The notes below the pieces were generated by a model that did not search any database, was not told where the DNA came from, and saw nothing but the letters and a program-made list of their open reading frames with translations. Below, in pieces: positions 28,956 to 42,502 of a stretch of 64,000 bases of DNA. How positions within the stretch are numbered: the first letter of the stretch is position 1; each line of letters begins with the position of its first letter. Source of the DNA: the human T2T-CHM13v2.0 reference genome, Homo sapiens. The DNA lies in assembly GCF_009914755.1 (NCBI RefSeq), contig NC_060929.1; one strand, given 5' to 3'. Made by a program: the position numbers and the translations under genes.

Positions 28956-30747
28956 TAAAGGTTTATATAAGTGTCATTTGGGTTTAGTAATCATTAAAGC
29001 AAGAATAATTACTTTCAGTTTGGTCAATAAAACATCTTAACTGTTGTAGTAAAACTAAAGTAGCACAACGATATGTTTTTGAATCTTTCAAAATGTAATT
29101 TAGCAAAAGTACAATTTAATTTAGCAAAACCACAAAGAGCTGTGCTAAGATGATGTCTCTGCTATCAAGAGGCTCATATTTATTCATGGAGACAAAATCT
29201 TTGAAGATTGTGCTGCAGTAAGATAAAGGCAATATTAGAAGTACAGAATGCTGTCAGAATACAAAAGAGAAGTACCTTATCAAAACTGGGCTTGGGCACA
29301 GTGTATGGCTGGGAAAAACTTTGGGAAAAGAAAGGCCCGAATTGTGTGCTTCTTGTTGAGAAGTCTGACTCTTCATGATGAGGATAGAGAAAAGGTTTTT
29401 AAAGTAGACGTGTGAAGGCAGAAGACAAAGAGAGATCATAATGTTTGGGAATGGATTTAATGGAGTACAATGGGAGCTTGAAGTGGGGGTTGAAGAGTAA
29501 GAGAAAGATGAAAAAGTAGCCAGAGAAGTAAGCAGGATCCAGATTCTAAAGCACCTTCTAAGAACTGCACACTACTAGATCTTAAAAGCTACAAGAGTAC
29601 TGTTGAAGGTGTTTTAGCCATGACCAAAATATCTTGAAGACCTTTGGATTGTTTGGCAATATCTATTAAAATTTAAAATGTACATGTTCTTTCACTTCCA
29701 GGAACTTATCCCACATAGATGTGCACATATATATGCAAAAATATATATACAAGGATGTCCTATGACATTGCATATAATAGACTGGAAATGATTAAATGTC
29801 CATCACTAGGGTACCAGTGAAATAATTATGGTATATTATGGTGAAACACCTTGTAACCTTTAAAAATAAGAGGGTAGCTCTGTGTATACTAATGTGGAAT
29901 GATCTCCAGGATATTTTTTATGTTTCAAGATAATACTACCTGTTAAAAATAAGCAAAACAAAAATATTTCTATAACATACACACACAGATATACTTGTAT
30001 ATGCATGGATTATCCCGATAAATTTTAAAACTGCTGCTGAGGACTGGGATGAAAAGGAGACAGACTTTTCAGCTGATACCCTATTGCTTCTTTTTAATTC
30101 TATCATGTATATCTATTAATAATATAGATAATATAGATAAATAATAGGAGTATTACTGATGGTATCATGCAAAGGGGCAAAACCAGAGACAGTGAAACTT
30201 GTAGTCAAATTGATATAAAGTAATAGTGTTAAGTATGGAGAAGAGCATGGATTTGTAAGATACTAAGGGAGTAGAATTTGTAGAACCTGGGGACTGATTA
30301 GATAGGAAGAGTGAGATAAAAATGTTTTCTAGATATATTGTTTGGACACTAGGATGATGAAGCTGCTATCTAGGGAAATAGGAAATACAGCAGAGAAGGA
30401 AAGAATTGGTGTGGTATGAGTGAGTATGATTGGGTTAAGTTGTGGATATGTAAGTTTCAAGTTACCTTGTGTCATCCACAGGACAGGACTAGTAGGGAGT
30501 TGAATATATAGATATTAGGGATATTTAATAAATTAGTTAATCATTAGGGGTTTTAATTAATAGGAATGTTCTTCTTGGCCTAAGTATAACTTTAAAATGA
30601 TATAAAATTAATTGTAGTTCTCTACTAATATTTCTATTAGAATAATGTTTTATTGGAAAATGTCTACACAATATCAAGTTTTATTAAGATCTTTTGTGTT
30701 TCAGATGTAGGTATTAACAGAAATAACATGAATTTTGTTCAATTTAG

Positions 30748-30858
<111 letters not shown>

Positions 30859-30892
30859 TAGCATTTCTTCAGTATTAGTTTCATGTGGTGAT

Positions 30893-31052
30893 GTGTTTTT
30901 AGATGCAGGCGGTACATGTGCAGGCTTGTTACATGGGTATATTGTGTGATGCTAAAGTTTGGACTTCTAATGATCCTCTCATCCAACAATTCTCAATTGT
31001 GTAAACATCATACCCAATAGGTAGCTTTCAACCCTTGTCCCCATCCCTCCCC
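30893..31052 (-). mobile_element. Short L1 3'-end fragment (old L1PA/L1PB)
   Basis: GGTACATGTGCAGGCTTGTTACATGGGTATATTGTGTGATGCT...TACCCAATAGGTAG. Confidence 0.8.
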
Positions 31053-31329
31053 TATTATATTGTTTTAATAATAAATAAAAAATACCTTGAATCTGAAAAC
31101 TTGTCTGAAGTAACTAAAAGAAAAAACAAAGAATAAAATTAATTATATATTATTAAATTAGTATGTGATAAAGAAAATGTGTCTTGGCTTAGTATCTATT
31201 GAGATGTATCTTTCAGCTTCTACTGCTATGTGCCAGCAACTGCCAGCTGAGGAACAAATGTGGGTATGTGAGCAATTCCCGCTCTTTAAGTATTCATTTA
31301 ATGAAGGAGACACATGTAAGCAAGAAGAG

Positions 31330-32060
31330 GTAACATGTCCAATGTCACGGGGTTGGACAGTCTAGGTAATAAAAGAAGTGTCTTATGTTTGGAATATTGG
31401 GTATGTATGAAATTGAATATCAGGAAAAGAAGCTGAGGTGCTACATTAAAATACGATTGTGCCTTTTTAAGTTTATTCTCTATGGGTTTGGAATGTGTTT
31501 CTTTTTTTAATATATAGATGTTCTGATCAAGATATATTCAAATGGCAGTATAAAATAAATGGAGTTGTATAGACAGATTTATGGAGATCTATTGTAATAA
31601 TCTAGGCGAGGCTGAGAAGGTTCTGAACTGTGGAACAGAACAGAAAGGGATGAGCTGGCTAGACATTTCTGAAGTATAGTCGATGGTCATTATGTTAGCT
31701 TGGTAATTGGAGATAGGAGAGAATGAGTTGTCAGTAGTGACTGAGATTTCTAGATTGGAAAATGTTAACCAAGATGGAGAATTCAAGAAGAAGAAAAAGT
31801 TGGAGTAGGGAAGAAGATAAAGAATTTATCTTTCAATAAATGAAGTTTGAGATTCTTGCAAGACATTGAGGGAGAGGGACATGTCTCATATTTGGTTGGA
31901 ACCATGGATCAGAGTAAAAAAAAAAAAATAGAAAATTGAAGCACAGGGAGAGCTTTGGGTATTGTGGCATAAAAGTAGCAGTTGAAGCTTAGGATAGATG
32001 AAATCACCTAAGGAGAAAGCATAGATTAAATGAATAAAATGGACCAAGGACAGAATCCTA
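31330..32060 (-). mobile_element. L2 fragments
   Basis: Purine-rich antisense L2-like sequence (GAAGTTTGAGAT, GATGAAATCACCTAAGGAG, GGACCAAGGACAGAATCC); boundaries approximate. Confidence 0.55.
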
Positions 32061-33024
32061 GGCATACATGTGTGCCGTGTGTGTGTGGGAGCGGTGGGAA
32101 GGGGGGTAGTTGGGGGAGATAATGAGAGAAATTAGAGAGGGCCTCAGACAAATTGGAAATAGCATAAGATGTAGGACAATCATGTTCTAGAAACCAAAAA
32201 TGGGAGAATTAGAAGTGTAGATACATTTGAGAGAGAGGGTAGAGAAATTAGGGAAATTTGCTTTTGGGTCTCTCTTTTCTCTGTGAAGCAGGATACAGGG
32301 TTATTTGGTGAAAAAATGATAAGCATTGGGGTTGTAGTAGAAAAGCATGAGAGGAATGATACACATTTGGGACAGTCACAATGATGGGTAACAAAGGAAT
32401 CTTACAAAGAGTATATGAAAGGAATGTTAATAGGTAATATTGGAAATTAGAAATTTTTAAGGTGCTATTTGGCATTACTCTGATTTTCTATATCAGCACT
32501 ATATTTTTGTATATCATCCTATCGATAATGTTAAAGGCTTTGGAATGGTTTGTTAATCCAAATTTATTCTCTGGCAAGGTGAATTTTTTGGATTGTTAAA
32601 GAAGTGAGATAGTTGAAGGCATAGCTACTAGTGTAACGCATATGCCCAATGTTGGGATTTAGTCCTTACAGGGAAGGAAATGAAAGCAAGAGAAACTGAT
32701 AGTAAGCTTTTTTCCAATGTGATTGCTTTTGAAGGACCTCGTAGTCTTGAAGTGCCTTAAATAAACTTTGCTAAAACGTTTGAAACAAAACAAAGATTAG
32801 AAAGGTCAGCAACATTTGGGCAGCTCAGAGTTTCTTGTTTTATTCTTTAAAAATCTGTATTTCGTTGTTTGGCTAACTATTCACTTTATTGCTTTTATAT
32901 CACTAGATAAGATCCCAAGTTAGTACTTATAGTCAAATATTCTTGAAATTCTTTAACAAACAATTCTGTAAAAAAATAACAAAATGCAGGAAATTCCATT
33001 TGGTAGAGTGAAAAAAATTCAATG

Positions 33025-33370
33025 CAGTTGTTCCTCATATCTGTAGGGGATTGATTCCAGGACCCCCAGTGGATACCAAAATCCAGAGATGCTTAAGTCC
33101 CTTTTATAAAATGGTGTTGTATTTGCATACAACCTGTACATAACCTCCTGTATACTTTAAATCATTTCTTGATTCCTTGTAATACCAAATACAATGTAAA
33201 TGCTATGTAAATAGTTGTTATTCTATATTGTTTAGGGAATAATGACAAGAAAGAAAAAAACTCTGTACACATTCAGTACAGATGCAACTATCCCTTTTTT
33301 AAATAAATATTGTAAATCCGTAGTTGCCTGAATCCATGTATGTGGAACCCATGGATATGGAGGGTTGACT
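33025..33370 (+). mobile_element. MER2 (Tigger-family MITE)
   Basis: CAGTTGTTCCTC...GGGGATTGATTCCAGGACCCCC...GGATACCAAAATCC...GGAACCCATGGATATGGAGGGTTGACT; ~345 bp with TIRs. Confidence 0.88.
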
Positions 33371-33689
33371 ATATTTGCAACCAGAACACTATTGGTTCAG
33401 GTCCTGGCTATTCCACTTTTTATTTCTGGGACCTTATGCAAGTAATGTTGCCTCTCTAAAGCAGAGATGAAGGAATAACATTAATTTCAGGCTACAGGGA
33501 AGAAAAAAGAAAAATAGGAATGGGAAGGCATAGGACTTTATAAAATTTTATCATCTAACTTTCTTACTCAGTAGACAGACATGTCAACTGAGTGGGAATA
33601 TATTTTCATCATTTTGAATCTTTCCAAAGAAGACAAAATAGTAACCTCTATTGCATTGTTCTACTTGGATAATTTTGGTGATAAGGCCC

Positions 33690-35830
33690 ACTCATTAATT
33701 CATTCATTTACTTGGCTAACATTTCCTGAGTACTTACTATGTGCCAGGTTCTGTGCTAAAAACCGGGTTTACAGTGAGGAAAATAAACAAAAGGTAACTG
33801 TTGCCAGGAAGCTCAGAATCTAATAAAAGTACATTCACTAAGAACAATAATTCCATTAATGAATAATTGCAAATTGAAATTTGTTTTCTGAAGCAAAAGA
33901 ATATAGTTCCATGAAAGTATTAAAGGGCTAGAAACAGTGTCCCTAGTAACATGACACTTAAGGTAGATCAGAGTGGTAATTAGGAGGTACATACCAGTTT
34001 GTACAAAAATGCTGTTGCAGTGGGGAGCCTAGAGAATTCAGGGGTAACTGAGAGAAGCCTCACATGGCTGGAGCTCTGGCCAAGGGTAAGGGTACAGAGC
34101 AGGTGGGAGCCAGAACATGTGTGGCCCTGTAGGCCATTTTAAGAATATTGAAGAGGTTCAGTAAGGTCAGTGACATCAGATTTGTTTTCAAAGGGTCATT
34201 GTAACTGTAGATGAAAAGGTTGTATGAGGACCAAAGTGAATAAAAGGAGACATCTTAGTATTCTATTACAATAATAAAGGTAAGAAAAGATAGTGGCTAA
34301 GATCAGGGTGGTATCTTTTGAGATAGAGGTAAGTGGACAGTTTTGAAATATACTTAGGTCAAACTGAGGGAATTTGGTGATGCTTTAGGAATGGTAGATC
34401 AAAGAGAAGGCAGTATGAAGAATGACTTCTTGTATTTGGGCTTGTGTAACTAGTTGTCAAATGAAGCTGTTTTTTTGAAGTATAGTGTGAATATCTTTTA
34501 AAAAATTATTTATTCTTCTTTGGGCAGATTTGACCTTTCCTATTAATGGGAAGAAGGCAGAGTTTGTTTCTGTATCCTATTAATGGGAAGAAGGAGCAAA
34601 CAAGGTCACAAAACATTAACAGCAGTTCACAGAAGCTACTACATGAGGAGGATGAGCTCTGAGGTCTCCTAGCCTGGGGTTTTTTAATTGCGTAACATTT
34701 ACTAGGTAGAACAGGGGAGATAGTACAGATTTGCCAATATTTAGGGGTTTTTAAATACAGTTTATGATCAAATCAAAGAGAAAAACAGCAGATCTCTAGT
34801 GTTCATTAAGTCAGCAAATTTATAATTTCTCAGTAGTATTACTTTTTAACAAATTATATATTAGCCAGGATCGTCATGTGTGATCTCTTTAGCAGTAGAT
34901 ACTGCTAAACCCTTCCCTGTTCTCTCTCCCAGTTGCAGTGAGTTAAACCATGTGTCGTTCTACCCCCACAGTACCCTTTACTTAATTTACATGTGGCTTT
35001 TTTCAGACTGTTAACGCGAGGTAGGAGTTCCTGTAACCAAGGCTACCTGTGTGGTTCAGTCTCTCACAAAACCCATTTGGTTCAACTCCAACTTAGTTTT
35101 GACTCATCACACATCTGTGGTTATACCACTGTAAACATCTTGTAGTTTTCCTCCAACGGTTCCCTCCGAATTTGCTTATTTTAAACACACGTTATTTTAA
35201 ACACAATGAAATCTTCCTCAAATTCAATAGATTTCCTTTCTGATTAATAGTTCCTGAGTAGGGAACACTGAAAGAGTTTAAGTAGAAAAGAAAGATTTTA
35301 AGTTGGACTTTAGTACAAGTGCATTTTCAGATCTTTTATCATATCCAGATGGAGTTGTCTGTAGGCACATGATATGGGGCTGGCATATAAAGAATTCTTA
35401 ACTGAAGGTAAATTAATTTGGGAGATTTTGAAGCTCTAACCCTAGATATGAGCGTCGCTAGGGAAGAAGGATACACTATGGTAGAAGAATAGAGTCTGAA
35501 CCTTAGGAACTCCAACCAAGGGGTGGCTGGGTTAAGAAAGGTGGTCTTGAAAAGGAGTCAGGAGAGACCAGAAGGCAGGATAAAAACCAACAGAATGGGC
35601 TAGTGGAGCACAGGGGCAAAGAGTGCTTCAAGGAGAGAAGAGGCTCTGATGGCTGCTGAAATGTCAAATAAGGTAGAGACTTAAAAATGTCCATCAGATT
35701 TAATGACATGCAGATTATTGGAGACTTTGGTAAGAGCTGTTTTTGTTCGAAACCAATTTGAAGTGGGTTCAGAGGTGAGTGGGAAAGTACAGACGTGGAA
35801 ACAGAAAGTTTAGATGGTTGGCTCTGACTA
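33690..35830 (-). mobile_element. L2 fragments (33690-34470 and 35250-35830) separated by non-L2 sequence
   Basis: TTCATTCATTT...TACTATGTGCCAGG 3' end; GCTGCTGAAATGTCAAATAAG...GTCCATCAGATTT...GAGCTGTTT. Confidence 0.65.
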
Positions 35831-36884
35831 GGATTGATGAAGAGAGGTAACTGGAAGATGAGGGGTTTAGAGTAGGTTGGGGTAAGTTTTTTTTTTTTTT
35901 TTTTTAATTAGGATAGCTATTTGACCATTTGAAAATTAAAGACTGCTGAGACAGAGTTATTTTAGAATTTTATTGCCTTTTTTGTGTTGATTATGCATAG
36001 GAGTATGTGTTTTGATTTGTTAAATGAAAAACTAGACTGTTTTGAGAAAAGCAAGGTACTCGAATAAATTTTATTAATTTTTTCGTTCATTAGGGAGGGC
36101 ATTTTTTGCTTGGAAATAGATAATTTAGATATATTTACATGTTTGGTATTTGATAATGAATTATAAAAAGGTTTAGTGACTGAAGCTTTTAAGTATGCTT
36201 ATTTAAATTTCTAGAGCTGTAACAGTAAATTTTACCCATTTTATAAAGTAGTAGAGAACAGATACAAAGAAGAGTCCCAAAAGCATTTTTTTAAATACTT
36301 GGTTTTAAGTCTCCTTTTATCTTAATGATCTTAAGAATTGGCAGTAGTCATCAAAGGGGAGGTAACTCAGAATTGACATTGTATTTAAAGGGGAGGCTAC
36401 CCAGTCCTAAGTGTTTACCACAGTTTCATACTTAAAATTGGTGTCGTCATAAACTGTGGTAATACTTTGTGAGGCCATGAGTATTAGCTGTGCCAAGATG
36501 ATTTACAAAGCATGTAACGTATTTTGTTTTATAATCATAAAGTAACTTTCAGTAAGATGGGAGGCCTAATCTATTTTTTATATTTTTCGACTTAATCATT
36601 GAATAATATGATTTCAGCTACATTGTGTTGTTCAGGCCAAATAAATATCCTAATAGTAATTTAATCAGAGTTCGGCCCAGAAGGTGCTCTAAGGTCTTAG
36701 AAATCGGGGGTAGTTGCTCTATTGTCTGAAAGTCTCTGATGTATGTATATGCTGTTGTTTTTCAAATTCAGTCATGTGAAATAGAAAATGTTTATCTAGA
36801 TTCCTGCTGTAGCCATAGCCATGATGGAATGAGTACCCATTCCATCAGAGAAACTGTTGGTAGCAAGTCTTATCTTTATTTTGC

Positions 36885-37162
36885 ACTTCCCTTTCTGTTT
36901 TTTTTTTTCTCTTTTTCTTTTCATTTTTCTTCTATCTCCCCTGCCTTTTCATTTTTTTCTTCTTATTTACTTTCTTTTTTTTTCTTTTCTTTTTTTTTTA
37001 CCCTCTATAATCTTGACTCTTTTTGGACTTTTCTCTTGATAGAACTTACTCCCTTTTTTCACCTTTGGTTCTATTTCATTTCAGCTTGCCTCCCTCCCTC
37101 CCTTCCTTCTTTCTTTCTTTTTTTTTTCTTCCTTCCTTTTTTTTCTTTCTTTTCTTGTTTTC
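36885..37162. repeat. T/C-rich low-complexity tract
   Basis: Long polypyrimidine runs; accounts for the Phe/Ser-rich ORFs. Confidence 0.9.
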
Positions 37163-37354
37163 CAAAGGTAACCAAACTAGCAGACAGAATGCACACAATC
37201 CTACACCTTGGTTCCAGACCTGGCATTTTTGCCTGTTTCCTTTGAACATTTTCCTGTGATCTTTTTGACCCTGATTTTTCTCATCAGTAAGACAAGTGTG
37301 ACAATATCTGCTCTGCTTATCTCACAAGGTTCTTCTTTGTATCAAATAAGATGA

Positions 37355-37555
37355 GAGGCAGTACAGGCAGAGAGTACCGGGGTTTAGAACAGAGTTCCAC
37401 ACTAACTGGTTACTTGGCTTTGGATGAGTTATTAATCCCCTCTGATCCTATCTCCTCATCTATGAAATGGAGAAAATAGGGTTATTATGAAGATTAGAAA
37501 TAGTTCATGCAAAGCACTTTGCATAGTCATGGCATTTAGTAGGTGCTCACAAAGA
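37355..37555 (+). mobile_element. MIR
   Basis: CTCCTCATCTATGAAATGGAGA...TTATTATGAAGATTA...AAAGCACTT...TAGTAGGTGCTCA. Confidence 0.7.
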
Positions 37556-38007
37556 TAATAGAATATAATGGTCACAAAATTATGTAATTGTACTAAGTAA
37601 AGATAATTCAGAAATTAGGTACTACATAAATGTAATGTGTCAGCCTGCATTAGAGTTACTTAACTTTTTTAAAAAATTGTCATTCTTATATACTTTGTAA
37701 AGCCTTTTTTAATCCTGTTCTTTGTTTCCATATCTATTCTCTTTCTTTTAACCAATCATCTTAATTTTCTTCCTTTAATTTCTCATGTTTACTTTCATAA
37801 TCAGTTGTGCCTCTTGCTTCTCTGCCAGCCCCTTCTATCAGCACGTATGAAAACACCTTGTATTTTTTTCTCTCAAACCATCACAGTTGTTTACACTGTG
37901 TTCTAGAAAAGAAAATGTTCACCATTAGAATATATTTCTCCTACAGATTGAAAAAAATTAGAAGTTGATTACTGTTTTGAAAATTGGGCTAATTCCAGAT
38001 GTTTTAA

Positions 38008-38109
<102 letters not shown>

Positions 38110-39288
38110 TAAGTATCAAAAAATGGCATTTTTATTGGGCATTTTCACTAATTTTTATAGTATTAGAACTGGAAACAAATCTTATTAAATAACTGTAGAG
38201 AAGGAAATTAGAGCAGTGAAATGTTGGTGGGACTATAACTTCAAAGGACAAAGTAACACAGAGTTTAGGAATAAATCCTGAAATATATATTATCTTTAAA
38301 ATAAATTCCTAATTTGAAAGGCTAGAATCACAGACTAATTTTGTGTATGTTTTCTTAGGAAGTTAGCATAGGTCTTCAATTTATTTAACCCAGATTTTCA
38401 AAGAAAGTATAACTATTTTATTGTTAATCAGAGATGCAAATGTATTTGTATGGTGATAAGCAAACCCAAAAAACCTTAGTGACATTGAAATGTAGTCCTG
38501 AAGGCACTTAGTGATTTTACAACGGTAACCATTTTTGTAGATTAGAATTTTATTCTTCACTTTTTAATTTTTTTTTTTGAAGATTGTGAATTGGAAATCC
38601 CCCAGCTTGCTGGCTCCCTCAGTGGGACATTCCAGCACATTATTACTTAGTGATGTTCCATTCACCTTGAAAACCACTACTTGCCAGGACCTGGCCCATA
38701 AGGGTTAGGTAAGTCCCACCTTGATATTATTTTGAATAACTATATTTTGCAGGCTTGCAAAGTTGTAATATTACTATGTCTAAATATTGGTGATAGGAAA
38801 CAACTTTGCAAAGCTGTATAATGTTTTTTTTTTTTTTTAATAATAAAAGGGACTTCACTCACCATTGAAGACTGGCCTAACTCTGCTGGATGGGAAATCT
38901 GGGAATTGATATAAGAGGATAGTAACAGAAAAGTTACTTGCTCAAATATCACTAAAAAGGCAAACTATGGAATGGATCCCTCATCCTCAATTTTAAGTTT
39001 TAGATTTATAGGCTGCATTAGCTATGTGTAGGTAGATGTCCAATCTATTTTCTTTGCAGGCTGTCCTTGTTTTATCATTTGATTTTTTCATCTCTGTTGA
39101 ATAAAGCATCCTACGTTACAGATTTCTGAAGTTAATATTTTTAGGCTGTAGGTATTAATAGTTGAAAACCTTAAAAAGATTATTCTAGCTTGACTATAAA
39201 TTATGTTGACATATTAAAGCAGATATTAAAAAATTTAGTATAAGCATCTTGTTTCAGTATACTGATAAATTTGTTTTAATTTCTATAG

Positions 39289-39346
39289 CCTAACTTACGT
39301 GGTGGCAATGCCTTTTTATTCAGCAAGTCTGATTGAAACAGTGCAG
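39289..39346 (+). CDS. SLC25A46: SLC25A46 exon 7
   Basis: TTTCTATAG|CCTAAC...GTGCAG|GTGAGC; LTYVVAMPFYSASLIETVQ; 58 nt. Confidence 0.96.
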
Positions 39347-41133
39347 GTGAGCTTTTTTTTACTGTCATTTTTTTTTTATTTAAGAATAGTTTTTTGACTA
39401 TTCAGTATATTGTAGATATCTAACATTTCAGCAGAAAATTTTAAGACTATGTCTTAAAATATTTATTTTATAAATATCACAGTTATATCGCACGTTGCTT
39501 GTCTGTATATTTCCATTGGTATCTTAAGTCACACTTCTAGTTTTAATTATTTTTGTCCTTTCCATAGGCAACTATACTCTTCATTTAGACATCTCAGAAC
39601 ACAGCCTATAACTTGCTCTGAAAACAAAGAATCTATAAACTTTTTAAGGCCCTTACATACAACTCAGATGGTTATGGCTTATCATTGGACAGTAAATTAA
39701 TAATTACCTGAGAATAAACATGATGGATAATCATCCGAACAGGAAGCAGGTTGTCCCCACAGGTAGTTTACTGACAGGATTCTTTTAAAACATGCCTTTA
39801 AGTAACATTTGATACTATTGGGTGTGGTAAATACTACAAAGCTGAAGCAATTTTCTGCTAGCACTTGAAATTCTGTTTGCTTGTGTTACTATTCCTAACC
39901 ACATGGTGGCGCTTCAAGTACATTTAATTAAATGTCTTACCCTCCTTCCTACACTTAAAACTGTAAGATGAAGGTAGTTTTTACTTCACCTGTATACAAA
40001 ATCCAACTATTTGTACACCTGTCTTCTATTTCCACATCAGATCCTCTAGCATATTCTTTTCTCTAGTATATGTGAGTGCCCTCTCTGTAAAAACTCGCAC
40101 TGGATCAGCCTTTGCTCTTCTAATTACTCTTTTCTACCTTGTTTCTTTTCTGGCTGTATCATTCATCTTTGATTTATGATTATTATTATTATTATTTCTG
40201 TTAGAACTAACTTCAGTTAACTGAAGTTAGTGTCTTGCGACCCAAATCATACTTTCCCTTCCCCTTGCATTTGGCATTGTGTTAAATAAATGATGAATTT
40301 TTGTATGGTGCTATAGAATTTACAGAGTTGTCACTTGTATGAGATAGCCTCATTTTAAAGGTAAGGGAAAAATGTCAGGAAGGTAATTATTTAAGGAAAA
40401 ACAACTAAGCAGAATGATTTATTGGGGAAAACAATTTTTAGCTTGAGACAGACCCATTATCACATTTCTCTGCTTAAATTAGACCTGGGACTTTAGACAG
40501 ATTTCTTAACCTTTATAATTTTCTTATCCATAAATTGTGAATAGTATTTTAATAACTGACGTGTAACATTGAATGAGTTATTTATATAAGTGCCCGGCTC
40601 ACTATGTGATAGGGTTTTTTCTGTGTATGTGTTTTTTTTAACCCAGTATTTACTCCTTGTTTCCTGCTTCAAGTTCCACTTGCTAACTCCTTTTGATCTC
40701 TTTTGTCTGCTTTTCTAGAACTCTTTTTTCTTTAGATTTCTCTCTCTTGAACATCTTTTTTCAATAATGCCTTTGCCATCTCTTGTCTTATACCTTAAGG
40801 CCCAATCCTTGACCCTCTGTTTTTTATCCTATACTCATTATTCTGAAAGAGCTAATTTATTCACAGGAATCATTAGCTCTAATCTCATGTGAGTTAAATC
40901 TTCAGACTCAACTTTTAAAAACAATCTCATCTGTCCCTCTAAAAATTAGCTTCCTTTAGAACCTCTTCTCCTTGGCAATATATTAGTGATACTATTGTTA
41001 TCTTCACACTAAAGATTCAAAACTTTAGTTTTTGTTTTAGGAAAGTTTTTTATTTTTACATTTCTTTCATCCTTCATAATTACCCAGTCATCATGAACTT
41101 TGTAGTTATCTATTTCTTCATTAAGAATCCTTG

Positions 41134-41421
<288 letters not shown>

Positions 41422-41619
41422 TTAAAAGTCAATACTCATACAAGATTGTTTTCAAGTTGCAATACTTATATATATCCTTTTACTGATTAAGGATTCATAT
41501 TGACTCATATTCCCTAAAATCAACTTCAGACTTCTTATTATAGTTTTAAACCAAGGTTTTAATTACATCACTTTACCTTTCAGATTTGCAGATTATCTTA
41601 ACTGCTAAACTTTTAAAAA

Positions 41620-42440
41620 AAATGTATCAATTGTTTATTGAGTACTTGCCTATATCAGGTACTGTTATAGACCCTGGGGATACAACAGCAAACAAAACCA
41701 AAATGCTCTGTTCTCATAGCACTTATATTCTTATGGGGAAAGTAGACATAAACAACTAAATAAAAGGTATATTTCATGGCGATTAACTGCTAAAGAAAGC
41801 AAAAATAAAGCAAGGAAGGCAAATAGGATGTGTAATGGGTAGGGAGGGGCGGTTAATATTTTTTTAAGAAGATAAGTAAAGGTCTCACTGAGAAGGTGAC
41901 ATTTGTGTAAAGATCAACATGCATATTTGGGAGAATATTCTAAGTAGAGGGAAGGCAAGTGCAAATGCCCTTACATGGGACTGTGTCATGTGTGTTGTAT
42001 CATACATGCTTGAGAAGTAGGAAGGATGCCGATGTGGCTGGTGCTAACTAAGCACAAAATAAGCAAATGTTGAATTGTATTTAGAGGGAAAGCAGGTGCA
42101 AAAACTCTCAAGTGGGACTGTGTCATGTGTGTTGTATCACACATGCTTAAGAAGTAGAAAGGAAGCTGTTATGGTTGGTGCTAAGTAAGCAAGGGGGAAT
42201 ACAGGAGATGAGGCCTGAGTGGTAAGAGGGGACCAGATTACATAGGACATTGTAAATCATTGTAATAATTGGGCTTTTGTTTGAGAAGGATGGAAAGTCT
42301 TTGATAGGTTTGAGCAGAGCGGTGGTGTGATCTGACTTACATCTTTATTAGGATCTCTTTGACTGTTGCATTAAAAATAAACTGGAGTGGGAAGGATGTC
42401 AGGGTCAGAAGTAGGAAGATGGATTAGAAGGCTAGGCAAG
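41620..42440 (-). mobile_element. L2 3' part with an internal 137-bp duplication
   Basis: TTTATTGAGTACTTGCCTAT...CTCACTGAGAAGGTGACATTTG...TTTGAGCAGAG...TGATCTGACTTAC. Confidence 0.75.
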
Positions 42441-42502
42441 CTCACTGTCATCTCATAGTTTTAAATATCATCTATTTACTAAAGACTCCCACATTTATAA
42501 TA

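Noticed and set aside
34538-34594. CRISPR-like repeat-spacer-repeat
   Set aside because: Only two repeats, a 17-bp spacer, mammalian intron, no cas genes.
36739-37259. Hydrophobic 168-aa ORF resembling a membrane protein
   Set aside because: Translation of a T/C-rich low-complexity tract.
39899-39912. CTCF-like CCACATGGTGGCGC
   Set aside because: Mismatches at central core positions; too weak without ChIP data.
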